DNA of 63,008 nucleotides, the filler included, from Octopus bimaculoides (taxonomy: Eukaryota): NCBI RefSeq assembly GCF_001194135.2. It is 5 parts of 5 records of this genome, joined end to end, with 100 filler letters (N's around TTAATTAATTAA, not from the genome) between each part and the next. Parts side by side here need not be neighbours in the genome. Positions count along the whole stretch, not along the records: positions 15,323 to 34,814 come from NC_068989.1; positions 34,915 to 58,785 come from NC_068986.1; 3 more parts are not named here. One strand, 5' to 3'. A program made the position numbers and the translations under genes. How positions within the stretch are numbered: the first letter of the stretch is position 1; the number at the start of each line of letters is the position of its first letter. The notes below the pieces were generated by a model that ran no database searches, was not told where the DNA came from, and was given only the letters and a program-made list of their open reading frames with translations. Of the stretch, positions 22,069 to 35,714 are shown one piece after another.

Positions 22069-25000
22069 ATTTCTTTTATTTGCGACCAAGACGAAGGATT
22101 GAGGGGGAGAATACAAAGACAGACGTAAAGTAGGGGAGGTTACATATAATGGAATGATAAAATAAAAAAGTATACACGGTATACATTGGAAGAAGGGAAG
22201 TATTCATAGTATACGACACTAGAAGAAGAGGGAAAAAGTGATAGTGATGGTCCCTCTGATATAGGAGGACCTCTAGGAACCCCACCATCCAAGATCACCC
22301 TGAATACCGAGGACGAGTGCCCTCTCCAACTCTTTTCTTCCGACTCACAGGTCTACACTGAGAGCGGTACCATCCACTGCATTTTCGCAACTTTCACTCA
22401 TCTTTTCATAAATTCCCTCGAGGACAGCACCTGCCTCTCCAACCTTACTTACCTTTTCAAGTGAAACTTGAAAAAGTCGATGAGGGCTTTACCAAAGAGG
22501 AATGTTTTTGCCCTCATTCCATTCAGCCTCGTCCACCAGATAACCTCTTTCGTCACAGTCACAGGACAAAGGAAAAATGCCTTGTTTGCCCGATTAAAGT
22601 AGGGCGACGGGGCAATCATCATTATGGACTCGGCTGACAGAGAGATCCGTTCTACACACGACAACAGCTGTTCGGCATAACTTCACAAGTCAGCAATGCC
22701 CGGACACTGAACGAGTGCATGCAGAACGGTCTTGTCGCTCTGCAAGCACCTCAGACAAGCCCATCTGACAGCACATCCTTACCTGTAGAGTTTATTTCGA
22801 ATCGGTGGCGCCCAGACGGTACCACTAGGCCATAGACATCTGGAAATTATTCATAACAGCCCCCGACCGGAAAGTCCTCCGGAATAGACTTGTCAGTTCG
22901 TCTTCGTCGACGCCTACACTCTCCCCTAGGACGTCGTCTTACTCGCCGCTACTAATCCTCTCTAAATAACTAAAGTGGAACATCCATCGATCCTATTGCC
23001 GGACTTGAAGAGGACAGTGAGTGCCTGACGATATTCTAAGTGCCAGGCGCCCAGTTTCGGCCTATCCTTTACCCACGACTACAGCTCTGTCAAGGAGACG
23101 AGCTGTAGAAAGGCGTGTCTCACAAACGGAGCCCACACATGTTCCCCTTCTAGAAGTCGCTGCAGGTGGCGCAACCCGAGTGTATGTCTGCGCATTAAAA
23201 GCCATGGCATGCCTAAGCTGCCACACAGAGGAAGTTGGCAGCAGACCGACCAGCTGACCATTGGAACGCGTCGTATTCACAAGAAAATTAACAGGATACA
23301 CTCCAACATAATCAAGCAGTAACTAGAGCAAGGCACGACGGTCAGACGATAATGACAGAGGCGATGTAGGTATTCGCCACCTCTGCCCGACCTTTCAGGG
23401 ACAACTTACTTCTGCCCATTTCTAGGTAAGAGGGATCACCCTGTTCATCACCTCTTCCCAATTCTTATCCACATGGAGGTCGTAACCAAACCAGACCCCA
23501 AGCAGTTTCACTGGTCCGTCAGTCCAGCGTCCGACGACGCCGTCCGACGACGCCGTCCGACGGCATCGATCTGCCTCTCCAGGTGTCCAGTCGCAATCCC
23601 ACCGACTCGTCTGTATTTTTAGCCGTGTGCAACCGACTCATACTNNNNNNNNNNNNNNNNNNNNNNNNNNNNNNNNNNNNNNNNNNNNNNNNNNNNNNNN
23701 NNNNNNNNNNNNNNNNNNNNNNNNNNNNNNNNNNNNNNNNNNNNNNNNNNNNNNNNNNNNNNNNNNNNNNNNNNNNNNNNNNNNNNNNNNNNNNNNNNNN
23801 NNNNNNNNNNNNNNNNNNNNNNNNNNNNNNNNNNNNNNNNNNNNNNNNNNNNNNNNNNNNNNNNNNNNNNNNNNNNNNNNNNNNNNNNNNNNNNNNNNNN
23901 NNNNNNNNNNNNNNNNNNNNNNNNNNNNNNNNNNNNNNNNNNNNNNNNNNNNNNNNNNNNNNNNNNNNNNNNNNNNNNNNNNNNNNNNNNNNNNNNNNNN
24001 NNNNNNNNNNNNNNNNNNNNNNNNNNNNNNNNNNNNNNNNNNNNNNNNNNNNNNNNNNNNNNNNNNNNNNNNNNNNNNNNNNNNNNNNNNNNNNNNNNNN
24101 NNNNNNNNNNNNNNNNNNNNNNNNNNNNNNNNNNNNNNNNNNNNNNNNNNNNNNNNNNNNNNNNNNNNNNNNNNNNNNNNNNNNNNNNNNNNNNNNNNNN
24201 NNNNNNNNNNNNNNNNNNNNNNNNNNNNNNNNNNNNNNNNNNNNNNNNNNNNNNNNNNNNNNNNNNNNNNNNNNNNNNNNNNNNNNNNNNNNNNNNNNNN
24301 NNNNNNNNNNNNNNNNNNNNNNNNNNNNNNNNNNNNNNNNNNNNNNNNNNNNNNNNNNNNNNNNNNNNNNNNNNNNNNNNNNNNNNNNNNNNNNNNNNNN
24401 NNNNNNNNNNNNNNNNNNNNNNNNNNNNNNNNNNNNNNNNNNNNNNNNNNNNNNNNNNNNNNNNNNNNNNNNNNNNNNNNNNNNNNNNNNNNNNNNNNNN
24501 NNNNNNNNNNNNNNNNNNNNNNNNNNNNNNNNNNNNNNNNNNNNNTCCGTCACCGAAAGCCGTGGTAAGCCGTCTAGGTACTGGTGAAAATTTTTTAAAG
24601 AGCCCTTCCAGCAGCCATTTATCAACAGATTTTTTAAAAATCCTCACACTACCTGGGAATTTTTCTGTTATAGTTTTATAAACGTCTGACGACGTTTTAA
24701 TTAAAAGTCTGTCCTTGGAGGTTTTGAGGATGAAATCCTCAAATTCCTTTCCCTCTCACTCTATTTTATCTTTGTTTTGATTTACAAAATCCATCAATTC
24801 ACTGTTGCATTTGTTCACAACAGTGAAATTGATGGATACATTTTGTTTACAGTCTGATGAATATTTTTGAAGTTTTGTAATTAGTTGTTTCTCGGTTTCT
24901 TTAATTTCATGATGTTGTGGATAATGTTGCTGTTTTTGAAGCTGTTGATCTTGTTCTTGTATTTTGTTGGAGTGGTTGTGAATTATATTGCAGTCGTGGT

Positions 25001-26110
25001 TTCAGAACAAGTTTTTGTTGATTTCTTGGAGTAGGGCTATGTACTCACCTCCTGTTTCGCCTACCTCCTTTTGTCACCGTGATCAATCGATCGTTCAGCT
25101 CTTCCTTCTCCATGTCATTGCAGTTGATGTTGGTTTGGGAGGAAGAGCACTCACAAGAAACTTGCTTTGCCGTGGTAAGCGGGGGTAGGCCCCTTCTTTT
25201 TCTTGGTTTGGGAGTGGATGTGAAAGTGGGTGTGGGAGTAGGTGTAGGAGTCTTGAGCACTTGTTTATGATTTTGCACTTGTGTTTGTAATGTTGGCAGA
25301 AGTGAGGCTTTATTTTACAGATCCACAGATGTGACATCTTAGCTTTCTACTCTCCACGAACACTGACAGGTGATTACCATCCAGGAGATCGATTAGATCG
25401 AACAGCAGGTCGATATGGTCCTGCTTGCATTGCAAGGTCAGTTCTATACCTATACCTAACCAGTTTTGCTTAGATAGTTTCTTGACCTCCAATATTGTGA
25501 CTTCGTCTTCTAAACCTGCAAAGACGGCCACCACTAATCAGGTAAAGGATATTTCTGGCGGCACATTCAGCACCCTAATCTTGGTAAGGCGTTGGCCACA
25601 ATAGCTAGGGATTAAGAAAAAGTTGTCATTCCTCAAAGTGGTTGCGGAATTACAACTAACTTCTTCCGCCCCAAATCTCACCTCAATACTTCCAAACTTC
25701 TTTCCTCGGGTGATGTGGGCCTTTTGATCCCACACGCGCCCAAGGTATTTTTGTACTTAGCTCTCAGGAGTATTTTTCACCCGCCAAGACTTGACTCCGA
25801 TGCAACGGTATGTTATCATGAATAGAGGGTTTAGAGCTACCCTTCTCCCATCTCTTTTTACAATTTTTCTAGCCAATTTTAATTCTTCTTCATCTATTTG
25901 GAAACTTTCCATATTTCCTGCAGCAGACGCAAAGGACGCAGAGACGACATTTGTGTTTTTATGTTTCATTTCTTTCGTAATGCTGTTGCTGTTATTGTTG
26001 TTGTTGTCACTGCTGCTGATGCTGCTGTTGTTGTTCTCGTTGTCGACACCGAAAGTTTTGACGTTGCTTAGAGACGAAACATTTTTGACCTCGGTGACGT
26101 CATTAAGTGA
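22069..26110 (-). mobile_element. Decayed Tx1/L1-clade LINE (ORF1, gap, RT thumb, C-terminus, 3' UTR with AATAAA)
   Basis: KNTDESVGLRLDTWRGRSMP, KLSLKGRAEVANTYIASVI, ISLSAESIMMIAPSPYFNRANKAFFLC..KEVIWWTRLNG..LIDFFKFHLKR. N gap at 23645-24545. Confidence 0.8.
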
Positions 26111-26139
26111 TTAACTGGCATCGAAATTTCGCTGGAATT

Positions 26140-26700
26140 TCAAAAGCGTTTAATGAAAGTTACCAGCATGTTGCGGAAAAATATCCTTGTTTCGAACAGA
26201 TATTTCCCCAGCTGCCTATTGTAGCCTTTAGACGGAATAAAAATATGAGAACTATTGACCTCTATTTTTGACTCCAAGAAAACTAACATTGGAATATCTG
26301 CACCCTGTACCTTGAGAAACAGCCGCAAGAGAGGTAAGCCCTGTTCATTGTGCAGCAATACGAGTCAAGTGAATTCCATCAGGAATCATAAGAGAAATGT
26401 TATGATTTATACAGAAGGCGGGACATGTAGAGATTACCATTTGATGTACGCGGCAGAATGCACGGAACACAACTTGATTTCTGAAAATTAAACAAAAGGT
26501 TTAATAGGCAAAGATATGAGTACAATGACAGTAGTTCGACAGAACTTGCCGAACATTTTGCTTCAAACGGCTGCAATTTTGAAAAAGACTTGAAAGTGCA
26601 TATTCTCAGAAAATATTCTGAATCTGTTACGCTTTCAATACTCAAAATGCATGACAAGAAATATGTTTGCTGGTTATTAGCATCACGGCCTGGAGGAATG
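26140..26700 (+). mobile_element. Penelope-like element C-terminal/GIY-YIG fragment
   Basis: YPCFEQIFPQLPIVAFRRNKN, KPCSLC, GGTCRDYHLMYAAECTEH, RFNRQR..STELAEHF..DLKVHIL. Confidence 0.72.
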
Positions 26701-27059
26701 AAGAAAATGACAGGAGAATTTCATCAAATATACACAAAACTGTTTGATTAAATATTCTACTTTTTCCTACTCTTTTTTCTTTCCTGTTTCTCTCTCTCTT
26801 TTCTGTCTTTTTCTTTTCACCAGTTATAAAATTGAAACTTAAAAAACTGATGATGTCATTCCATCAGTGCGTGGACGCTGGTTACTCTCGTTCATATTTT
26901 AGATTTGAATTTCTATAATTTTGAATTTTCATCACTTTTTCTTTTGAACTCTACAAAGGCAGACTTGCTGTCGAAATATCGTTCAACCAATGAAATATCT
27001 ATTGCAATTGCATCGCGCTCTTCGTCTTGTCTAATAATAATAATAATGATAATAATAAT

Positions 27060-27480
27060 CCTTTCTACTAAAGGCACAAGGCCTGAAATTTGGGGAAGGG
27101 GTTAAGTCGATTACATTGACTCCAGTACTCAACTGGTACTAATCTTATCCCGAAAGGATGAAAGGCAAAGTCGACCTCGACAGAGTTTGAAATTAGAACG
27201 TGAAGACAGACGAAATGCCGCAAGCTAAAGATTCTGCCAGCTCGCCACCTTTCATAGTTTCAAATTTTGGCACAAGGCCAGCAATTTTGGGCAGAGGGTG
27301 TTAGTTAATTATATCGATTCAGTGCTCAACTGGTACTTATTCTATCGATCTCGAAAAAACGAAAGGGAAGTTATAAGTTGCCCTAGGTTGTATTTGAACA
27401 CAGAGCGTAAAGAGTAGAAGAAATGCTGTTAAGCATTTTGTTCGACGCGCTAACGATTCTGCCAATTTACCGGATTTTCT
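27060..27480 (-). mobile_element. Two tandem SINE family N copies
   Basis: Two GGCACAAGGCC...CTCAACTGGTACT...GCTAA(C)GATTCTGCCA units. Confidence 0.78.
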
Positions 27481-30400
27481 TCGGAAATGAATGTTATGAG
27501 CATCATAAATTACAATTGTGCTGAAAAACAAGTTGTGTATGTGTGTGTGTATAAGTGTGTGTGTGCGCGTGTGTTGTCACTTTTTTTTCCAAATTATTCA
27601 GTTTTGACTTTCCTTTCGAAAATTTTTTTCACATTTAAATATTAAATATCTGAGATCATAATTTTTTTGTTTCTTTCTCACTCCCTTTCAGTAACATTTT
27701 CGTTTTTGACATTTCTTCAAATTTTGCTTTTCAAATTTACATTTAATAAAAACCGAGAATTACAATTATGTAAAAATAAAATCTTAATTTCAGTTGTTGG
27801 GTGCAGTTTCAAGATTTGAAAATTTGAAAATTTTGTTTCTATCACCATAACTTTTCATTTTCTTTACCTTTGAATTTTTTGAAGGCTCCAAAGTTAAAAA
27901 AAACCTCCAAAAAGCAAAAGAAATCGAAAATGTAAAAGTTATGCGTATTTTTGAAGAATCATAATCTGAGATGTTTAAAAGAAAAACCTCAAACTAAAAA
28001 AGGAAAAGAAAGAGTAAAATGAAAATTAAAAAATTACGAAAAGGGTTAGGTAAACCATCCTCTCACTTTCTTGTTTTGCAGGATCGTAATCTACAATACT
28101 TAGAATATACACATCTGAAGAATTTATATGTAGGTTTGTAAAATAAATTCGGTCATTTTTCTTTTCAATGTTATTTGAATTAACACGAAAAATATTTTTT
28201 CGTTGCGTTTTATGTTTCTTTTTTGTAGCTGTATTCGCTGTATCTTCCCTTTACAACTTTTGTTCATCGCTTTTGAAATATGAATAAATTTTATCTATTT
28301 TCAGACATATAATGATGGAGTGCCAAGTAGAAAATGTGAGCCTTTTTGATACAAGCTTCTTATCACTTTCAGTCAAGCTTCCGAAGCTACCGAACGGAGA
28401 AGACGCTATTACTGAAAGAGCTGCACAGAAATAGTCTTCGCGCTTCGAGGAAGGATAATTCGATCTCACTGACTCCGCGTTCAGGTTGGCCTGTTCTGTT
28501 CAATGGTGAGCGATTGAACGAACTCATATCCGTGCCAGTCAACTATACAGGAATCGTCCCTGTATACGCTAAAGCTAATTGAAAAGAATTTCCTATTTGG
28601 TGTGTCTGGAATATGGAGGCCTATAAGATCGTATACATCAGCATTGTAAAAAGTTCCTATTTCTATGTTGATGGAGCCTTTTGTCATTCCGCTTAACCCA
28701 AGACTTACGCTCATGGATTTACGCAGAATTGCACCTAAGGACTCATGCTCTGGTTTCTATAACCTCGGAAAGCTAAACTATGAACTTTTATGCTTCTTTT
28801 ATCTTTTCTCTTTCTATCTCCTTATTTTTTTACTCCATTCCTCTATGTCGTCATCTTATTGATATATACCATTATTATTTTCCATATTTTTTCTTCAATT
28901 TATCTCTGATGATGGAATATCCCATACTCGGGGATATCCCAGAAACAGCTGTAAGATTTTGAATTTCTTCCTATAATAATATTGTATATGACTTATGATG
29001 TTTGCCCTGCCTTAATGTTTGACGTCCTGTTTAGCAATTATATATATATCTTCTTCCAGTCGTAACCTAGATGGACGGGTCAAGTTGCACTATGTTCTAT
29101 TTTTGTGAGGAATCATAAGTGTTAAATTTTACTTACCCGAAGAAAACTTTTTTTTTTGCATGATGTAACACTTTTGTTCATCAATAAAGAACACGTCTGA
29201 AACAACTGTAGTGAACCTCAACCAATCTGTATTGTTGTTTATTCGTCAACTAACTCGGAACCTTCCAGGCATTAGATCTGGAGTCTATAGTCGACTGTGG
29301 AATACGTGCCCTGTGTGTACCCCTGTCAGTACTTGTGAATGTGCGCATAACTAGAGTGACAAATTCATAAGGACGTATATATCAACACACATTATTAGTA
29401 CACTGGTGCGCTATCCCCGACTCTACCTTGGTGCTTTTACTACTTAAATACCTGATTCTAACGGATCTTGAAAATTTTATAATATACATATATATTATAA
29501 AATTGTGTGTGTATCGGTGTGCATACATTTCTAATGAGTATACAAACATTGAACGGCATTACCTGTAACATTCTATCCCAGGGAAAATTTCTTGGCGAGA
29601 GTTCTATGTTAACAATACAGGACTCCGCTCAGAACACTAGTAGATCGCCACATACGCTGTTTCGATTTGATTTCTTCTCCTCAGTGATGAATTTCCCGGA
29701 CGTTCTGAATCAAGCTGAAAATACTGGTTCCGATATAGAAATCGCTGAACGAAACATTCACTGATTTCTACGAAAGCGAGCCTGGCTAGAATTAAATTGA
29801 TATATGCATCTAAAACAGTACTGGAGCATTTAATGTTCATAATATGTATATAAGTAAGGAAAGCTGTTGTTTGGAATATTTTGACCAGAGATCATTTCTC
29901 AACATGTGTGTTTAGACGCAGCGTTTCGCTCAGAAACCATGTGAATCGCCAGACAGTGTTTCGACCTCAACTGGTGTACTGGGGTAAATTCATCTTTAGA
30001 CAAAAACATCGTCAATATACTCATATATACTCATACTTTTTATCCGCAGCGTATATATATAAGCATTGTTAAAAATTATTTGAGGTTGTTATTGGCAGAG
30101 TAAATACGTTGTCGCATATCATTGAAATAATAAAAAAAAAGTAATTCAGACAAAAATATTAAATTCATTCAGTAGATACACGAGAAAAAAAATCAAAATT
30201 ACTTTCAAAAATAGAATTGCCAAAAAGAAAAAAGGTTATAAAACTGATTATTTTTATGTAAGAATAAATAAAACTTACTTTTAAATATTAATTCACAAAA
30301 GATATGAAAAAATAATGCTTCACTTTTTAAAAATTGGTAGACGAAATAATTATTTTAAAAGACAAATTACGTGCAATGCTTCTATGCTTCCGAAATAATT

Positions 30401-30939
30401 TAGTATACGTGATTTCGATATTTATTGATGTTGCATTAAATTGATGCTGTACTATTTTTACATTTCTTTCTGATATATCTAATGTGCAGCGTCTGTCTCA
30501 GCGATATTACTACTTTGTCTCTTGATTGTTCCCTTTTCAACAGTAAAATAAATGTAGAGATCATAGGATTGGAACGTTTGTTTTTAAATTTCCTTTTCAT
30601 TATGAACAGAACGCGGAGAATTTACTTTACAAAATTAAATGGTATATATATANNNNNNNNNNNNNNNNNNNNNNNNNNNNNNNNNNNNNNNNNNNNNNNN
30701 NNNNNNNNNNNNNNNNNNNNNNNNNNNNNNNNNNNNNNNNNNNNNNNNNNNNNNNNNNNNNNNNNNNNNNNNNNNNNNNNNNNNNNNNNNNNNNNNNNNN
30801 NNNNNNNNNNNNNNNNNNNNNNNNNNNNNNNNNNNNNNNNNNNNNNNNNNNNNNNNNNNNNNNNNNNNNNNNNNNNNNNNNNNNNNNNNNNNNNNNNNNN
30901 NNNNNNNNNNNNNNNNNNNNNNNNNNNNNNNNNNNNNNN

Positions 30940-30940
<1 letters not shown>

Positions 30941-31018
<78 letters not shown>
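30941..31018. repeat. (TAA)n microsatellite
   Basis: Direct reading. Confidence 0.95.
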
Positions 31019-31021
<3 letters not shown>

Positions 31022-31099
31022 CAACATAAAACAAATCTTATCATATGCACAGCGTTGTTCTGGAAGAAGTTTAGGTTCATGTTCATTCACAAATGCAAC

Positions 31100-32130
31100 C
31101 AATTTTGTAATAATTTGTCTCTCTTGCTATGTCTCTTGAAGTTAAATCCCTAATTTGACGGTTTGTTTTTGGCAGTCCAGAGCCAGACTATTGTAAATTT
31201 TTGCCTCCCATGACCAAAACTTGATCCTCAATTTCAATCAGTGCTTGGTTAAAAATTGTTTCAGAGAACTGAGTATTGATACCTGGGTTTGCCTGTTGAA
31301 CTGTCCTCATGATGCTTCATCCAAAGCTGTCGGAGACTGCTAAGTTGACACATGTTTAGTATAATTGCAAAACGGTTACGGAGTTTCCTCGGAGAATCTG
31401 ATACTGATGCTTCAATCAATGCAAGGTCCCAATGTTCATCATTTTCTAATAAAACCTTGTTGATAGCATGCTTCCCTATAAGTCTCACACACATGACCAT
31501 CTACCCTCCTCGACTCTTCATGCAAAAGGAGGCGTAAGTAGTAACATTCTGTTTGGCTTGGTGGGGACACAGTAAACTCTTGCAAGAGCATCAGTCCCCA
31601 CATTTCATCTTGTGCCATTTTTTGTTTCTCCATGTGTAATACTTGGGCAATTGTGGGTAAAGGAGTTTTCTTGCATCTTCATCTACTTGACACAACTTAA
31701 AAAAGGCAGTAAGGGTAGTTTCTGTTGAAGAAAATGCTTGTTGCAAGGTTGTTTGTTTTGTAAAGATAACCCTGTGGTCATCCCCTAGATGGACACTCAG
31801 ATGAATGATGGATGAGTGCCTCTCATGAATGGGAAAAATTGAAGATGCGCCAAAAAGCCTCATTGGTACTAATGTATCTTCCTCTGCCATACTGTGTATC
31901 TTCGTCATTTTTATTTATCAGTTGACTGCCATTCTGCATAAAAGTGTATGTTGCAGCATCTAAACCTTTGTTTATATATTTGCAAACATACTTGATGGAG
32001 TTAACAGAGTTGCAGACTCCAGCATTGACTCTGGCTACCTGTACTCATCTTTGCTTCACTGTAGAATACTGATCGTCTACATCTATCCCGACTCCTCATG
32101 TAGAGTGAGAACATTGTTCTTGGAAACTTT
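31100..32130 (-). mobile_element. Helitron Rep/helicase coding fragment (decayed)
   Basis: NSVNSIKYVCKYINKG, FPIHERHSSIIHLSVHLG, TTLTAFFKLC, LLYPQLPKYYTW, ECYYLRLLLH, VCETYREAC, LLENDEHW: typical RepHel motifs. Confidence 0.88.
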
Positions 32131-32316
32131 TACGAAAATTAAAATGGGGATTAAATGAAAAAAGGAGTTACGTGAATATCGTCACAACAGTAATTGAAAT
32201 AAATGACGATTGAAGGACGTCCCACGCACGCACATACACACAATATCAAACATCATATGAAATGGACGTGTGTGTCCGTGTGTGTGTGTGTGTGTGTGCG
32301 TGTGTATGAGAGAGAG

Positions 32317-32522
32317 AAGGGGTGTGTTGTCATGTATACGTACATACATAAATAAATATGCATACATCTTTTGTGTGTATGAGAGGGAGAGAGAGAGAGA
32401 GTGACTGCCACTTTGACATCACTCTCTGTCTCACACACACGCACACACAGGCACACATACATACAAAAAAGATGTATGCATATGTATTTATGTATGTACG
32501 TATACATGACAACACACCCCTT
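32317..32522. repeat. Inverted repeat, ~65-bp arms around a ~75-bp spacer
   Basis: 32317-32381 is the near-perfect reverse complement of 32456-32522. Confidence 0.85.
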
Positions 32523-33129
32523 GACTCACTCTCTTTCTTTCTCTCTCTCTCTCACAAACGCACACACATGCATAAATGTATACAAACGTAATTACGAAAA
32601 CACACGTGTGCACGTGTGTGTGTGTGTGTGAGAGGGTGAGGGAAAATATTGCGAACAATGAATGAAACAAACATGAAATGAAAAAGTCGTATAAATAGAA
32701 GCTCTTACGTAAATAATGTACATAATTCTTCATCTCTTAAATATTGAACTGCATAAAAGCTCTTGTACGGAATGTTTAAATTTGTGAACTTTGTAAATAC
32801 TTTTTTCAGTAATTTATTGTAGTTGTTTGCAAATAGTAAATTAAAACTTGAAATGAAAACGTCAAAATAGAGAGTGAAGCTTTTTGACGTTGCTACGTCA
32901 ATACTGGAAGTTGACATTGAGAAACCTTTTTAAAGAAGTCAATCATATATATACAGCAATATTATTTATTTTTAATAAAAAAAAGAATCAAATGAAGAGC
33001 CTAATATTTGTCCGAGATCAAATTATTCATGCATCGCAAGTATGCAAGCAATTGGTGAAGCTGTTTTCGCGGGAAGAGCGAATACACAGGCGTCTCTATT
33101 TTATATATTAGATATATATTTTGTATATT

Positions 33130-33250
33130 TCGCCGGAGTCGGTTATGCCTTTTATCCTTTCGGGGTCGATAAAATAAGTACCAGTTGAGTATTGGGGTCG
33201 ATGTAACCGACTTATTCCCCCGAACTTACTGGCCTTGTGCCAAAATAGGA
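33130..33250 (+). mobile_element. SINE family N 3' half
   Basis: ATCCTTTCGGGGTCGATAAAATAAGTACCAGTT...GGCCTTGTGCCAAAA. Confidence 0.75.
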
Positions 33251-34310
33251 AACCAATATATATATATATATATATATANNNNNNNNNNNNNNNNNNNNNN
33301 NNNNNNNNNNNNNNNNNNNNNNNNNNNNNNNNNNNNNNNNNNNNNNNNNNNNNNNNNNNNNNNNNNNNNNNNNNNNNNNNNNNNNNNNNNNNNNNNNNNN
33401 NNNNNNNNNNNNNNNNNNNNNNNNNNNNNNNNNNNNNNNNNNNNNNNNNNNNNNNNNNNNNNNNNNNNNNNNNNNNNNNNNNNNNNNNNNNATATACTAT
33501 GTACAAAAATATGACGATGAATTTACCAACAATGTATTGGCTCACGATATAATTCCCTTGTGATGAAGTTGCCAGGTAATAGATTTACAATTGCCCTACG
33601 ATAAAGCTATATTAATATTATCTGAAGTATCCTTCCTTTTTTTAAAGCTACCGAGGTGTGTAGAAAAGTAAAAGTGATTGTAGTAAGATAAAAATCAAGA
33701 ATGAATTATATTTAAATTATCACCTGTTTACTATATACCAAGCAAAAATATATATCTTCCGAACTTGTTTGTAGAATAATGCAATAATATTTATACTGAA
33801 AATGGTTCATGAGTTTAACTACAATACCAAATTAGAGCTATATATATGGAACTTTGTGATTAAATACTTCAGCAGCCCTCAAAATTTTCCAAGATCTTTC
33901 CAATAATAACTTTGACCAGTTTTATGAATTCTTTACCTCTATCACTGAAGGGCATACTTATAAAAAAAACAAAAACAAAAAAAAAACAAGAAAACATTGC
34001 AGCACGCATGACTTTCGGAAATATTTTTACTACGTTCAGAATTGGCGAAGTATAGAATAAACATCACACGTCGGTTTTAATCTGTTAAGATACTGCATCT
34101 TTCAAAAATTCGATACTTCCCGAATTCTTCTACATCACTCCTTACGTGCTTATACCTTTTTGTGTATCTTTTGCTGTTCACTTTTCTGTCTTTTCGTGTT
34201 TTATTCTGTGTACAATGTATGCATTTTGGCTGTATCATTTCCGTCTCTCTTTAGCTGGCTTGTTGCTGCTTTCTATACCCTCTCTTCCGACGAGTATCAG
34301 AGCAAGTGAA

Positions 34311-34660
34311 TCTATATATATATAAATGAGAATGTGTGTCTGTCTGTCTGTCTGTCTGTGTGTGTGTGTGTGTGAATCCCTAAAACTCGAGAACTACGCA
34401 ACCAATTTCATTCAAATTTTACAGATGCCTTAGGCTTCCAGTTGTGTTTTAGTCAAAAACTTTTTTAACTTCTTGCAGAGTTCGAGCCCAAGGCAACATA
34501 ATATCTCCTCCACTATTTAAGTATTACGTGTCAAAAGTGAAACAAAAACACTCATGTCAAATACTTTCACTTTAAAAATGAAACTATTCCACTAACTGAA
34601 ACAATCACATTTCGATACTGTAATGACAGATACTTTCAGAGAGAGAGAGAAAGTGAGAGA
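34311..34660 (+). mobile_element. Probable non-autonomous Helitron 5' portion
   Basis: Starts TCTATATATATAAAT after an A, followed by (GTCT)n/(GT)n and AACTACGCAACCAATTTCATTCAAATTTT: 5'-TC plus microsatellite layout typical of non-autonomous Helitrons. Confidence 0.5.
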
Positions 34661-35467
34661 GAGAGAGAGACGTATATGTATACATATAGATGTATATGTA
34701 CACGTATATGTATAGATATATATATATATAGATATAGATCTATATGCATACATGTATATGTATACATATGTGTAGATGTATATATATATATATAGATGTA
34801 CATGTAATATGTACNNNNNNNNNNNNNNNNNNNNNNNNNNNNNNNNNNNNNNNNNNNNTTAATTAATTAANNNNNNNNNNNNNNNNNNNNNNNNNNNNNN
34901 NNNNNNNNNNNNNNGTGTGTGCGTGTGTGTGTGTGCGTGTGTGTGTCTGCATTGCATTATTGCACAAACAGAAATGCAACACAGTTTTCTTGTATACTTG
35001 CCCGCATCTTCTTTATCTCTCTGCTAATATCAATCTTCCCCTGTTTTCTCCCTTTCCTTCCCTCCTCCACTCCCGTACTTCCTCCTAAACATCAGATTCC
35101 CCTCCAGCGAGCCTCACGCATATTCCCTTCACTTTTCTCATTCCTTAATTGGCGCTGTTCTTCTCTCTATGATATTCTACGTCGCCATTACGTTCTCACC
35201 AGTTATATCCTAACCCTTCGCTGTATACTGCAGCCATTTGCCATAACTAGTCATATCAGCAGAACCATCAACATCTCGAAATACGAACTGGCATTGAGGA
35301 CTCTACATGGTCCATTCGGTCTGTTAGAAATAGCAGCCGTTCAATCACATTCAACATGAGATATAGTTGCTTAATACACAGCTAGGCTTTATCTAACAGA
35401 CCTATGATGAAAAGCGCTCCATTCGTGATAATTTAGTTCTTATTTTATCTTCCCTTTCAGGATAATA

Positions 35468-35714
35468 CAGTAATCCCTCGACTATCACGTGTGTTACGTT
35501 CCAAAGCAGCCCACAACCGCGATAGATGAAAATCCGCGAAGCAGAAACAGTACTGTACTGTATATCTTTTTGTTAATTGTTCTTATAATTTGTATATATT
35601 TATTTTATTGTAAATGCAATACACACCACCACGGAGGAATCGACGTAGGCTTAAATAATAAACCGCGATAAGTTAACCGTGATAGGTTAACCGCGAAAGG
35701 GTGAGGGATTACTG
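35468..35714. mobile_element. Tc1/mariner (pogo/Tigger-like) MITE
   Basis: TIR CAGTAATCCCTC / GAGGGATTACTG flanked by TA on both sides. Second copy at 58516-58738. Confidence 0.85.

Noticed and set aside
28082-28340. Plus-strand mini-exons (DRNLQYLEYTHLKNLY; TYNDGVPSRK)
   Set aside because: Too short, with no homology or further chain support; compatible with chance.
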